Shown here: in pieces, positions 19,615-29,184 of the stretch
How positions within the stretch are numbered: the first letter of the stretch is position 1
Layout of the letters: each line of letters begins with the position of its first letter
Position numbers and translations under genes: made by a program
The notes under the pieces: model-generated
Databases searched by the model: none
Seen by the model: only the letters and a program-made list of their open reading frames with translations
Told to the model about the DNA's origin: nothing
Assembly: GCF_013365475.1 (NCBI RefSeq)
Contig: NZ_CP046579.1
Location: 540,001-572,000 of the forward strand
Reading direction: 5' to 3'
DNA length: 32,000 nucleotides
DNA from: Candidatus Saccharimonadota bacterium
GTDB taxonomy: Bacteria; Pseudomonadota; Alphaproteobacteria; Rickettsiales; Anaplasmataceae

Positions 19615-21012
19615 TTAAAAAGTGTAGTTTTTAATAAAATCAATATCACTGAATTCAAGAGTTTGGCTACTCATGACTTGAGATTTTTCGTGTCCTTTTC
19701 CAGCGACTAGCAGAACCATATCTTTGCTATGCGAGATATCTATGCCTTTTTTTATAGCCTCTTTCCTATCTTCTATTTCTAGTGCATCAGGGCAATGTAG
19801 CAAAATATCATGACGAATCTCTGCAGGATCTTCGTTACGCGGATTATCATTTGTAACTATAACTTTCTCTGCGTATATTTGTGCTATTTTACCCATTTCT
19901 GCACGTTTTGTCTTGTCGCGATTGCCACCACAACCAAAAACTAAAGTTATTTCTTTGCTGAAGTGCCATTTTAAAGATAACAGCGCTTGCTTAAGCGCAC
20001 TTGGAGTATGTGCATAATCCACAAATGCAAATTGGCTTGCCCTTTCCATTCTCCCAAGTGGAGAGATAAGCTTATCTATGTATATTCTTTCGTAGTTTAA
20101 CCCAGAAGAGATGGCGATACCAATTGCACACATCAAATTATATGCTTGAAATTGCCCCAAAACCGGGAAAAACTCGTTATAAATTTTATCGTCAATTCTA
20201 ATTGTCAGATATTGACCATCTTGTGTTGGTATTTGCTTTATTAAAGTAATATCAGAATATTTTTCTCCATAAGTTATAACTTTATTGTTACGTTTTTTGG
20301 CTATTCCAAGCAATATATAATACTCATCCATATTTGCATTTAAAATCACTGTTTTTTCCTCTTGAAGTACTTCATAAAGTAACCTTTTCTTAGCATTAAA
20401 ATATTCGCCAATATTTTGATGATAATCTAAATGGTCTTGCGAGAAATTTGTAAAAGCTGCAGCAGTTAGATCAAGTCCGTGAATTCTATATTGATCAATT
20501 CCGTGGCTTGAAGCTTCCAATACTAAATGCTCTACGTTTTTACTATTCATATCACACAATAATGTGTAGAAATCATTTGCATCTGGAGTAGTAAGACTAT
20601 TATAATCAAATTCCCTTTTATTACTAATACATGTTCCAAGCGTTCCAATAGACGATGCATTATAGTCAGCATTTTGCCAGATCTGGCGACAAAATTCTAC
20701 TACTGAAGTCTTACCATTTGTACCTGTTACAGCAGCAACATATTTTGGATGCTTAAACTGATAAAATCTACTAACTATTTTACTGTATACACTTAGAGGA
20801 TTTGGGTGAAAGATATAGATTTGAGCATTATACCATACATAACTTGATATTATTGCTGAAACTTTTGTGTTACTTACATATTTCTCACACCCCTTTGATA
20901 CACAAACAAAAAGATAGCCTTCTCTAATCTTCTTAGGGTTACATGTAACACCTCTGATTTCAATATCAAAAGCAATATCAATAATACCATATACTAATTC
21001 TCTTAACTTCAT
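19615..21012 (-). CDS. murE: UDP-N-acetylmuramoyl-L-alanyl-D-glutamate--2,6-diaminopimelate ligase.
   Basis: P-loop VTGTNGKTS, plus EASSHG and TNFSQDHLDYH. The DNPR motif (VTNDNPRNEDP) is associated with meso-DAP specificity. Confidence 0.9.
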   Translation of the reverse strand: MKLRELVYGIIDIAFDIEIRGVTCNPKKIREGYLFVCVSKGCEKYVSNTKVSAIISSYVWYNAQIYIFHPNPLSVYSKIVSRFYQFKHPKYVAAVTGTNGKTSVVEFCRQIWQNADYNASSIGTLGTCISNKREFDYNSLTTPDANDFYTLLCDMNSKNVEHLVLEASSHGIDQYRIHGLDLTAAAFTNFSQDHLDYHQNIGEYFNAKKRLLYEVLQEEKTVILNANMDEYYILLGIAKKRNNKVITYGEKYSDITLIKQIPTQDGQYLTIRIDDKIYNEFFPVLGQFQAYNLMCAIGIAISSGLNYERIYIDKLISPLGRMERASQFAFVDYAHTPSALKQALLSLKWHFSKEITLVFGCGGNRDKTKRAEMGKIAQIYAEKVIVTNDNPRNEDPAEIRHDILLHCPDALEIEDRKEAIKKGIDISHSKDMVLLVAGKGHEKSQVMSSQTLEFSDIDFIKNYTF

Positions 21013-21035
21013 ATTTTACTTCGTATTTTAAAGAG

Positions 21036-22226
21036 CTAACTAGGCAACCTAGCTAGTGCAGAATCTAAATCAGAGATCAAATCTTCAGGATCCTCTAAAC
21101 CACAGAATATTCGCACAAAACTACCATCATAATCTAAGTGCATTACAGACCTTGACATAGATTTACGATCTATTGGTAACACTAAACTATCACACCCTCC
21201 CCAAGAAGCACCAATACTAAAAACTTTCATGTTATCAACCATATAACTGAGCTCTTTACATGAATACTCTCTATCTAGTACTATACTGAATACGCTACTT
21301 GCTCCTTTGAAGTAACTTTTCCATAATTTGTGCTGAGGATGAGAGGAAAGCGCTGGATACAAAACTTTTTTGACTTTCGGGTGCCCCTCCAGCCATTTTG
21401 TTACTTTCATTGCAGTACTTTGATGCCTTTTTATACGTGTATGCAATGTTCTAAGTCCCCTGTGTGCAAGATAGCAGTCATAAGACTGAACAGTTACTCC
21501 ATAATTTTTATAGCTGTCATAAAGTAATTTAAAAACTTCACCTTCAGCAATAACAGCACCCATTAATAAATCTGAGTGACCAGATATATACTTTGTAACT
21601 GCATATAGAGCAACATCAATTCCATAATTGAGAGGTTTAAATAATAAGGGAGTAGCCCATGAATTATCACAAACAGTTACAATTTTATGCTCTTTAGCAA
21701 CCTCTACTATATGTTCTATATTTGAAATTTCAAACGTCATAGAACCTGGAGTTTCAATCATTATCAATGAAGTGTTACTCTGAATCAAACTAGCTATATT
21801 CTGTCTCGGATCATAAAAAGTTACTTTTACACCTCTTCTAGGTAACTCATTTTCAACAAATCTCCTAACTCGATGATAACTATTATCTTGAACCAGAATA
21901 TGAGAACCTGCCTCAGCAAAAGTTAGAATAGCAAAGGTAAGCACAAATAACCCAGAAGGATAGACTAATGCCTGACCCCTACCCTCAATTTCAGCGAGTG
22001 CATTCGAAAGATAATGAACAGTTGGAGTACCAACATTACTGTAACTGTAATCCCTTGATACACCATCGTTGATTACATCATATATGCTCTTCCCGTTTGC
22101 TGCATTTAGGTAGTCCATATAGGTAGGAAATAATATAGTAGAAGAATGATAAACTGGAGGATTCATAGAACCCCTGTAATCATTAAATTTTCTTCCTGCC
22201 TTGACTAATAAAGATTCTTCTTTCAC
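21036..22226 (-). CDS. metC: Cystathionine beta-lyase, or a related Cys/Met-metabolism PLP enzyme.
   Basis: 396 aa. PLP-lysine region YAVTKYISGHSD, with family-typical N- and C-termini. Confidence 0.8.
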   Translation of the reverse strand: MKEESLLVKAGRKFNDYRGSMNPPVYHSSTILFPTYMDYLNAANGKSIYDVINDGVSRDYSYSNVGTPTVHYLSNALAEIEGRGQALVYPSGLFVLTFAILTFAEAGSHILVQDNSYHRVRRFVENELPRRGVKVTFYDPRQNIASLIQSNTSLIMIETPGSMTFEISNIEHIVEVAKEHKIVTVCDNSWATPLLFKPLNYGIDVALYAVTKYISGHSDLLMGAVIAEGEVFKLLYDSYKNYGVTVQSYDCYLAHRGLRTLHTRIKRHQSTAMKVTKWLEGHPKVKKVLYPALSSHPQHKLWKSYFKGASSVFSIVLDREYSCKELSYMVDNMKVFSIGASWGGCDSLVLPIDRKSMSRSVMHLDYDGSFVRIFCGLEDPEDLISDLDSALARLPS

Positions 22227-22233
22227 ACTTTTG

Positions 22234-22500
22234 CTATCTATTTTTCAGATTATATTCACTTTGCGTATAAAAATGAAAAGAAATCGCATGTATCAGTTTT
22301 ATCTCATCTTTTAGTAATTTACAAATCAACTTATGTCTTTTCATAGTATTCATCCCTACAAAGCTGTTAGATACTAATATTAGTTTAATATGTGAAGGAA
22401 ATGTTAAAGACGAATGAAAATAATGACCTACATGCTTCATAGACTCATCAATAATATTAATACTAACTATATCTATTGCATTTCGTACTTTTTTCTCCAT
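22234..22500 (-). CDS. bolA: BolA-family protein.
   Basis: IIDESMKHVGH...HIKLILVSNSFVGMNTMKRHKLICKLLKDEI..IHAISFHFYTQSEY fits the BolA pattern. The start may instead be 22530. Confidence 0.7.
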   Translation of the reverse strand: MEKKVRNAIDIVSINIIDESMKHVGHYFHSSLTFPSHIKLILVSNSFVGMNTMKRHKLICKLLKDEIKLIHAISFHFYTQSEYNLKNR

Positions 22501-22550
22501 CAGATTAATAATACTCACCACGATACTCAAGTACTGAATCTCATAAAAAA

Positions 22551-23036
22551 CTATTCAATGAAATCAGAACTTTTCTTATAAGCATGACAAATTGCTATAG
22601 CAAGAGCATCCGCAGCATGATGACACTTTATATTTAAGTTGTCAACCATCTGCTTTACCATAAATATGACCTGACTCTTATTAGCATGGCCATTCCCGGT
22701 AATACTTTTTTTTACATAGTTTGCATCATACTCATTAACAATAAGTTCTGTCATTTCTGATACTAAAATTATAATTCCTCTAGCATATCCTAAAGTTAGC
22801 GAAGATTTTGGATTCTGATTGACAAAAATTTTCTCTACTGCAGCCTCATCTGGGGAATATAGAGAAATTACTTTTTTTAATTGTTTGAAAACTATATGAA
22901 GACGTTTACCTATGCTAAGCTTACTATCGGTTGATATGGTGTCACCCGCCAAAAATTCAATACTTTTCCCATTCAGGTTAATAATAGCCCACCCAGTCTT
23001 ACTTATTCCAGGATCAAGACCTATTATTCTAGTCAT
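22551..23036 (-). CDS. ruvC: Holliday junction resolvase RuvC.
   Basis: MTRIIGLDPGISKTGWAII N-terminus, 161 aa, and a conserved HAADALAIA C-terminal motif. Confidence 0.9.
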   Translation of the reverse strand: MTRIIGLDPGISKTGWAIINLNGKSIEFLAGDTISTDSKLSIGKRLHIVFKQLKKVISLYSPDEAAVEKIFVNQNPKSSLTLGYARGIIILVSEMTELIVNEYDANYVKKSITGNGHANKSQVIFMVKQMVDNLNIKCHHAADALAIAICHAYKKSSDFIE

Positions 23037-23864
23037 TTAATGAATACTTAAACAATATACAAATATAAACACAAATATCCAGATTATATCTACAAAGTGC
23101 CAGTACCAAGAAGCAAATTCAAGGCATAAATGATCTTGAGGTGTAAATTGATCTTTCCAAGCTCTAAACAAACACACTGATAAGAATATTATTCCAATTA
23201 TAACATGTACACAGTGAAACCCCGTAATCATATAAAAGTTGGATGCATAGATCAACTCTTCCCTTCCCCTCTTAAGAGAAAAATTTACTTCACTGTACTC
23301 TATTGCTTGCACTATCATAAAAAACACTCCAAGCAATATAGTTATAAATAACATTTTAATCGTACCTCTTTTATCACTTTCAAGCAAAAAGTGATGTGCG
23401 GAAGTGATTGTTGTACCAGAAAGCAGTAACACTAATGTACTCATGAATGGAAATGACCATGGGTCAAGCGGTAAGATTCCACTAGGAGGCCATTTAATTC
23501 TATCTTTAGGAGAAAATGCTTCGAATAAAAAAACAGGGTCAAGCCAGGACTTAAAGAATGAACAAAAAAACGTTATAAAGAATAAAATTTCTGAAAGGAT
23601 AAATAAACACATTGCAATTTTGAGCCCATGTTTTACAACTGCAGTGTGGCATTGATCATAAATGGCTTCTTTTATTACATCTGCCCACCAATAGAACAAT
23701 ACTACTAATACTACAGAGATTCCTGAAATCAAACCAAATATTCCAGGAATTTGTTTATGGAACGTACCAACTAATCCCAGTACAAGAACAAGAATTGCTG
23801 CTGATAGAGAAATTGGCCAAGGACTTGGATTTACTAAATGAAAATCATGTTCTTTACTTTTCAT
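23037..23864 (-). CDS. ctaE: Cytochrome c oxidase subunit III.
   Basis: HDFHLVNPSPWPI N-terminus and a 7-TM profile. WYWHFVDIIWIFVF matches the conserved WYWHFVDVVW motif. Its stop abuts the ruvC start with no spacer. Confidence 0.9.
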   Translation of the reverse strand: MKSKEHDFHLVNPSPWPISLSAAILVLVLGLVGTFHKQIPGIFGLISGISVVLVVLFYWWADVIKEAIYDQCHTAVVKHGLKIAMCLFILSEILFFITFFCSFFKSWLDPVFLFEAFSPKDRIKWPPSGILPLDPWSFPFMSTLVLLLSGTTITSAHHFLLESDKRGTIKMLFITILLGVFFMIVQAIEYSEVNFSLKRGREELIYASNFYMITGFHCVHVIIGIIFLSVCLFRAWKDQFTPQDHLCLEFASWYWHFVDIIWIFVFIFVYCLSIH

Positions 23865-23907
23865 ATTACCTTCAAAAACAAAGATTAAGCATGTGAATTA
23901 ACTAAAA

Positions 23908-23936
23908 ATTATCAATGATACTTAAAAACTGATCAA
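23908..23936 (-). promoter_or_regulatory. Sigma-70-like promoter TTGATC-N17-GATAAT for ctaE.
   Basis: On the minus strand, TTGATC lies at 23936-23931 and GATAAT at 23913-23908, with a 17-nt spacer. GAAGG sits about 6 nt before the ATG. Confidence 0.35.
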
Positions 23937-25181
23937 TTTTATAAAATTGTAAGCCTACTCTAATAACCTAATCATCCTACTCTTTTATTTTCACATAATT
24001 TTTATAACATTCGTTAACAGTATTTTCTAAGGCAAACGCATTCATATGATATTAAATTGCGTTATAAGAATCAAATTACCTGCCATACCTACAGCTTTTT
24101 AAAACTACTTTCCAAATAGAAGTAATAGCCTTTATATAAACGAATATAAATATAAAACCATTATAGCTTCATAGATAACTCGATACAAGATAAATAAAAA
24201 AAATTAATAATATTGAAATAGAAAAGAGATTTTCCATACCTTAAACACTATGTATAGGACATGGATTATACAAAAGACTTATCACAAGTCATGTTTACCA
24301 TTGGACCATGGCACAAAAAGTTAGTAATTATATTTATGATCATCCTATATCCCAACAGAATAATTAATGATACTACAAATAATATCGCTACATGTAAAAA
24401 AAATTGTTAAACTACACCTCTTAAAGGATTAACAACAGCAACTTTCAGTATTACTAAGTACACAAAACACTGGAAGCAGAGTTTTGAATGAGCAGTTTTA
24501 TGTTAGAGTCGGTAGAGATTCATTAAAATGCATTTTTAACTCTAAACCTCCTTTTAAAAATGTTCTACATGTTTTTCATTCATCATTATTCGATCCATTA
24601 TATACTGTTTATAACTCTTGTTACGTCATCATTATACTTTACTACATCAGTGCTAAAAAATCTTAGCCATTTTTGCTACTGTATTATTAGCATTGTGTTA
24701 TCTTTCACAATAAATAACTGCTTAACATATATAGAAAACATGCCTGAGGTCTACTCAATATTCAAATAACAGAATTATAGTATGTAGTATACACGAAGAA
24801 GATGGTAAAAGCTGAACAAAACTGACTCATAATATCAGTCTATTCATTATTTTAGGTATCATAAATTTTATCTGCAAAAATTAACAAAGCATAGGTACAG
24901 CACTACTACTAATATACTAAACCCTTTCCGATATTAAAGTTTGGATTTCCTATAATCCACACACTTTTTTCCAACTCAACATTGTTGGAGTATTCTTTTG
25001 CTTTATCAATGAGACCTTGTGATTTTTTATATCCACATCATAGAATCTTCTTTCGTTCTTTATATGCTTTACCTATTTATAAATAAAATTTCTGTTAATA
25101 TAGGGCTATTGTTATAAAAAGCTAGTTAGTACCTTACTTACTATTAAATAAGTATAATATTATCAAATTAAATTATGAATT

Positions 25182-26357
25182 TTAGCAATGCAAGGAAATT
25201 TCTTTGTTTCTAATGTTGAATTCCTTACGGAGAGCATCAGACAAATTTGTATCTTCCCAAGAGAATGTACCATCTTCTCCTGATCTTTTACCAAAGTGCC
25301 CATAATAGGCTGTGCATTTATATATAGGGCGGGTGAGTGATAGATGCTTGATGATGCCTTTAGTTGACAAATCTATATTATTCTCAATAAGTTCTTTAAC
25401 TTTTTTCTCGTCTACTTCACTTGTGCCAAATGTATCAATATAAAATGAAGTAGGCTTTGATATACCTATTGCATAGGAAAGCTGCACGAGACAACGTTTA
25501 GCTAAACCTGCAAAAACAATATTTTTGGCAAGGTATCTTGCCATATAAGCTGCAGATCTATCAACCTTTGTTGCATCTTTTCCGGAAAATGATCCTCCAC
25601 CGTGTGGGACATATCCTCCATAAGTATCAACCATAATTTTTCTTCCAGTTAATCCACAATCACTAGCTGGTCCACCAATAACAAATCTACCAGTTGGATT
25701 GACTAGAAGGTTCTTCTCAGAACACATCCACCCTTCTGGTAAAGATGATACTATATAAGGGTAAATTATTCTTCTAACTTTTATCTGATCCAAGTTTTCT
25801 GGGTGTTGTATTGAAACAACAATACTCTCAGCACGCACAGGGATGTTGTTCTCATATACCAAAGTAATCTGCGATTTTGCATCTGGTCCAAGTTTTATTT
25901 CTCTAACTGCATTCATGATATTTTTCAGAATTAAGTGTGCATAAAAAATAGGTGCTGGCATAAGACTCTCTGTCTCTGTTGTTGCATAACCATACATTAT
26001 ACCCTGATCGCCAGCTCCTTGATTCACACCAATTGCAATATCATCTGATTGCTCATGAAGAAATATATTTATTCCTACTTTTCTCCAGTGGAAGCCATCG
26101 TGTTCATAACCAATATCTTTTATTGTGTCCCTTACAATATCCTCAATTCTGCTACTTTCAATATTAGGTCCAAATACTTCTCCAGCTATAATAACATTAT
26201 TCTTAGTAACTAAAGTTTCTATTGCAGTTCGTGAGGCAGGGTCAGCGAGAAGGTATTCGTCAAGTATTGCATCTGCAATTTGATCTGCTACCTTATCTGG
26301 GTGACCAGCTGCAACTGATTCACTAGTTATAAAATATCTATATAAATTATGCTTCAT
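25182..26357 (-). CDS. metK: S-adenosylmethionine synthase.
   Basis: GHPDKVADQI, GAGDQGIMYGYA and GGGSFSGKD motifs. I use the internal ATG at 26357 (MKHNLYRYFITSES); the 15 upstream codons of the ORF are hydrophobic and look spurious. Confidence 0.95.
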   Translation of the reverse strand: MKHNLYRYFITSESVAAGHPDKVADQIADAILDEYLLADPASRTAIETLVTKNNVIIAGEVFGPNIESSRIEDIVRDTIKDIGYEHDGFHWRKVGINIFLHEQSDDIAIGVNQGAGDQGIMYGYATTETESLMPAPIFYAHLILKNIMNAVREIKLGPDAKSQITLVYENNIPVRAESIVVSIQHPENLDQIKVRRIIYPYIVSSLPEGWMCSEKNLLVNPTGRFVIGGPASDCGLTGRKIMVDTYGGYVPHGGGSFSGKDATKVDRSAAYMARYLAKNIVFAGLAKRCLVQLSYAIGISKPTSFYIDTFGTSEVDEKKVKELIENNIDLSTKGIIKHLSLTRPIYKCTAYYGHFGKRSGEDGTFSWEDTNLSDALRKEFNIRNKEISLHC

Positions 26358-26525
26358 GTTTTTTAGTACAACTAAAGTTATTATAAATAATATAGTTAGC
26401 AATTACTAGATGAATAAACTTAAGATATAAAAGGTAGTATTACTTTTAATCTATAAAGTATTTTAACTTCATCTCTAAATTAGAAGAAGTGCTAGAAGAT
26501 ACAGAAACAACGTTAAAGCAAAGAC

Positions 26526-26602
26526 TGGTGGGCCTGGGAAGAATTGAACTTCCGGCCTCACGCTTATCAGACGCGTGCTCTAACCAGCTGAGCTACAGAC
26601 CC
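26526..26602 (-). tRNA. tRNA-Ile, anticodon GAU, 77 nt, with an encoded CCA.
   Basis: The reverse complement GGGTCTGTAGCTCAGCTGGTTAGAGCACGCGTCTGATAAGCGTGAGGCCGGAAGTTCAATTCTTCCCAGGCCCACCA folds as a cloverleaf. It has a 7-bp acceptor stem, a GCTC/GAGC D stem, an anticodon loop CTGATAA and a GGAAG/CTTCC T stem. Confidence 0.93.
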
Positions 26603-26617
26603 ATGACTTATTTAAAC

Positions 26618-26881
26618 TTAAGCTTGTAAATTGTCTACAGGCAAGATATCAATAAAAGCCTTTTTATTTGCTGATTTTCTAAACTTAACCCATCCTTCTA
26701 CTTGAGCAAAAATCGTATGATCTTTACCAATACCAACATTTTTCCCAGGATGAAACTTTGTCCCCCTTTGACGAACAATTATATTACCAGAAATAACCTT
26801 TCCATTCTTTTTTATTCCCAACCTACGACCTTTAGAATCCCTGCCATTACAGGAACTACCACCTGATTTCTTAGTTGCCAT
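26618..26881 (-). CDS. rpmA: 50S ribosomal protein L27.
   Basis: The 87-aa sequence [24 protein letters not shown]...[15 protein letters not shown] is canonical L27. Confidence 0.95.
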   Translation of the reverse strand: MATKKSGGSSCNGRDSKGRRLGIKKNGKVISGNIIVRQRGTKFHPGKNVGIGKDHTIFAQVEGWVKFRKSANKKAFIDILPVDNLQA

Positions 26882-27197
26882 ATTTCACCTCTGACTCTTG
26901 AAGATTGATTTCATTAATACAAAGAACAGTTACATACTGCCTATGACCAGTTTTCCTACGATAATTTTTCCTTCTCTTCTTCTTAAAAATTAGAAGCTTT
27001 TGCCCTCTACATTGCTCAAGTACTTTAGCTTTAACAATAGCGTTAGGTGAATAAAATAAACTGCCATCTGAAGAAAGGCAAACTACCTTATTAATTTCTA
27101 CTTCCTTTCCATCTTCAGCCTCTAATTTTTCTACCTTTATTACACTACCTTTTTTTACTAAATACTGCTTCCCACCTGTTTCAATCACCGCAAACAT
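26871..27197 (-). CDS. rplU: 50S ribosomal protein L21.
   Basis: [17 protein letters not shown] is the canonical L21 N-terminus, so I start at ATG 27197 and discard the 19-codon ORF extension. It overlaps the rpmA start by 11 nt. Confidence 0.9.
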   Translation of the reverse strand: MFAVIETGGKQYLVKKGSVIKVEKLEAEDGKEVEINKVVCLSSDGSLFYSPNAIVKAKVLEQCRGQKLLIFKKKRRKNYRRKTGHRQYVTVLCINEINLQESEVKYGN

Positions 27198-27226
27198 ATA
27201 AATATACAATTTCACTATTAATCTTA

Positions 27227-27254
27227 ATTTTGAGTATGCTATACAGGATGTCAA
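27227..27254 (-). promoter_or_regulatory. Sigma-70-like promoter TTGACA-N16-CAAAAT for rplU-rpmA.
   Basis: On the minus strand there is a perfect TTGACA at 27254-27249, a 16-nt spacer and CAAAAT at 27232-27227. It lies about 30 nt upstream of the rplU ATG. Confidence 0.35.
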
Positions 27255-27732
27255 GGCAAATAATTTCCATGTAACATATAAAAAACAGTTCTAATGACAG
27301 GAATGCACCATAAGTAAACCACAAAGTTCTCTGATTGATGTTTAACAACATAATAACAATAATATACACTTTTAGTATTAACCTTGATATTGGTGCTTTA
27401 ATAATATTTTTCTATATCATCTCTTTCTTCTAATAAATCAAGTGAAGCAAAGCGTTGTCCTTTCATCTTTGACATATAATACCAGCACCTGCTATTTAAT
27501 ATGTATTATACTCTACCTAAACACTTCTCTTTTACTACTAGTATCAACAATATAATTAAATTTTTATGTATTCTCTTTTCACACATGTTAATATATCTCG
27601 TGCTTATGCTTCATGGCTATGTAATTTTACAAATATCAGCATAGATGATAAAAAATAATAAGTCTACATTGCTATACATAAATGTATAGAGCATAAGTTT
27701 TAAAATATTACAGATATGCCTTTAATATAAAG

Positions 27733-29157
27733 CTAATTACTTAATCTTTTACGTAAAATCGAATTTACAACATCAGGATTAGCCTTTCCTTTAGTAAGTC
27801 TCATAACTTCACCAATTAGAAATCTATACAATTTTATTTTGCCGCTTTTATATTCTTGGACTTTATCTTGGTTATCATTAACGACTTTATCAACAACTTC
27901 TGATATCTGATTCTTATCAGTTATTTGCCTTAAGCCATGCTCTTCTATAATAAGAGAAGCAGATTTGCCAGTCTTAAACATAATATCAAAAATATGCTTA
28001 CCAAGTTTGGCAGATATAGTTCCATCAACAATAAAATCCAGGAGTCTTGATAAGTCATTTGCTTTAATTGGTGAATGTACAATATCAATACCAGCTTTAT
28101 TCAAACGACCAAGAAGCTCTACAGTCAACCAAGTAACTACAAGCTTTGAATCGTGTTTTTTTATCAACTCCTCAAAGTAATCAGCAATCGCCTTATCAGA
28201 AATGATAACATCTGCATCGCATTCGTTGATACCAAATTCATTAATATATCGAAGTTTTTTTTGGTCCGGCAACTCAGGTAAAGACGACTTAATTAGATCA
28301 ATCCTGTCCTGACTTACTTTAACAGGCAGTAAATCAGGCTCTGGAAAATACCTATAGTCACCTGTATCTTCTTTATTACGCATCACCTCTGTTTTTCCCA
28401 AAGCAACATCAAATAATAGAGTATCTTGAATTACTTCTCCCCCATTTTCTAAAATCTCAATTTGCCTTTGTACTTCGCAATCTATAGCTTGAACAATATA
28501 GCGTATTGAGTTTAGGTTTTTTATTTCACAACGAGTGCCAAATGTGCTTCTGCCTTTTAGACGAACAGAAACGTTTGCATCACAACGAAGTGAACCATTT
28601 TCCATATCCCCATCACATGAACCAACATAACGTAAAATCTGCCTCAGTTTTTTCATAAATTCTGCAGCTTCTATGGATGACCTAAGGTCTGGTTCTGAAA
28701 CAATTTCCATTAAAGCAATCCCAGCACGATTTAAATCAACGTAAGTTTTACTTTCTCCATGAATGCTTTTCCCTGCATCTTGCTCCAAATGAATCCTTGC
28801 AATCCTTATCCCTTTTTTATTATTGTCAATAAACACTCTGCCGTTTTTAACTATTGGCTCAAAAAACTGAGTTATCTGATAACCTTGCGGTAAATCAGGA
28901 TAGAAATAATTTTTTCGATCAAAGTGGGAACACTTATTAATTTCTGCAGAAAGCGCAAGACCAGTTCGTATTGCCTGTTCTACAGAGTAGTAATTCAGTA
29001 CTGGTAATGTGCCTGGCATCGCTGCATCAATTAAAGAAACTTGAGTATTATGCTCAGCACCAAACTTGGCTGATGAACTAGAAAAAAGTTTTGCCTTGGA
29101 AGAAACTCGAGCGTGAACCTCGAGTCCAATTACTGCCTCCCAATTCTCCTTTGTCAT
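27733..29157 (-). CDS. gatB: Asp-tRNA(Asn)/Glu-tRNA(Gln) amidotransferase subunit B.
   Basis: 474 aa. WEAVIGLEVHARV N-terminus, plus FDRKNYFYPDLPQGYQITQ and the YqeY-like tail. Confidence 0.95.
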   Translation of the reverse strand: MTKENWEAVIGLEVHARVSSKAKLFSSSSAKFGAEHNTQVSLIDAAMPGTLPVLNYYSVEQAIRTGLALSAEINKCSHFDRKNYFYPDLPQGYQITQFFEPIVKNGRVFIDNNKKGIRIARIHLEQDAGKSIHGESKTYVDLNRAGIALMEIVSEPDLRSSIEAAEFMKKLRQILRYVGSCDGDMENGSLRCDANVSVRLKGRSTFGTRCEIKNLNSIRYIVQAIDCEVQRQIEILENGGEVIQDTLLFDVALGKTEVMRNKEDTGDYRYFPEPDLLPVKVSQDRIDLIKSSLPELPDQKKLRYINEFGINECDADVIISDKAIADYFEELIKKHDSKLVVTWLTVELLGRLNKAGIDIVHSPIKANDLSRLLDFIVDGTISAKLGKHIFDIMFKTGKSASLIIEEHGLRQITDKNQISEVVDKVVNDNQDKVQEYKSGKIKLYRFLIGEVMRLTKGKANPDVVNSILRKRLSN

Positions 29158-29184
29158 CCATTTAATTTAAACAATAACCTTGAT

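Noticed and set aside
24484-24769. Two overlapping + strand ORFs (60 and 69 aa) in the ctaE-metK spacer.
   Set aside because: Their F/I/Y/L/N-dominated composition is typical of random AT-rich DNA. One uses a TTG start, there is no ribosome-binding site, and neither resembles a known family.
24953-25037. Possible oriC, suggested by two DnaA-box-like 9-mers in a long AT-rich spacer.
   Set aside because: There are only two boxes and each has a mismatch. Similar one-mismatch 9-mers occur inside addA coding sequence (around 13990). No dnaA, hemE or other origin-linked genes flank the spacer. As I recall the literature, the proposed Anaplasmataceae origin lies near hemE and tlyC. Gene orientation does not diverge here.
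26358-26525. SAM riboswitch upstream of metK.
   Set aside because: The 168-nt leader is AT-rich, with no G/C-rich helices or pseudoknot-like conserved blocks that I can recognise. An Rfam scan would be the decisive test.
27198-27369. The N-terminal extension of the rplU ORF (to 27254) and the 62-aa ORF at 27181-27369.
   Set aside because: L21 begins canonically at [12 protein letters not shown] (27197). The extension and the overlapping ORF are hydrophobic and AT-driven, and they contain the predicted rplU promoter.
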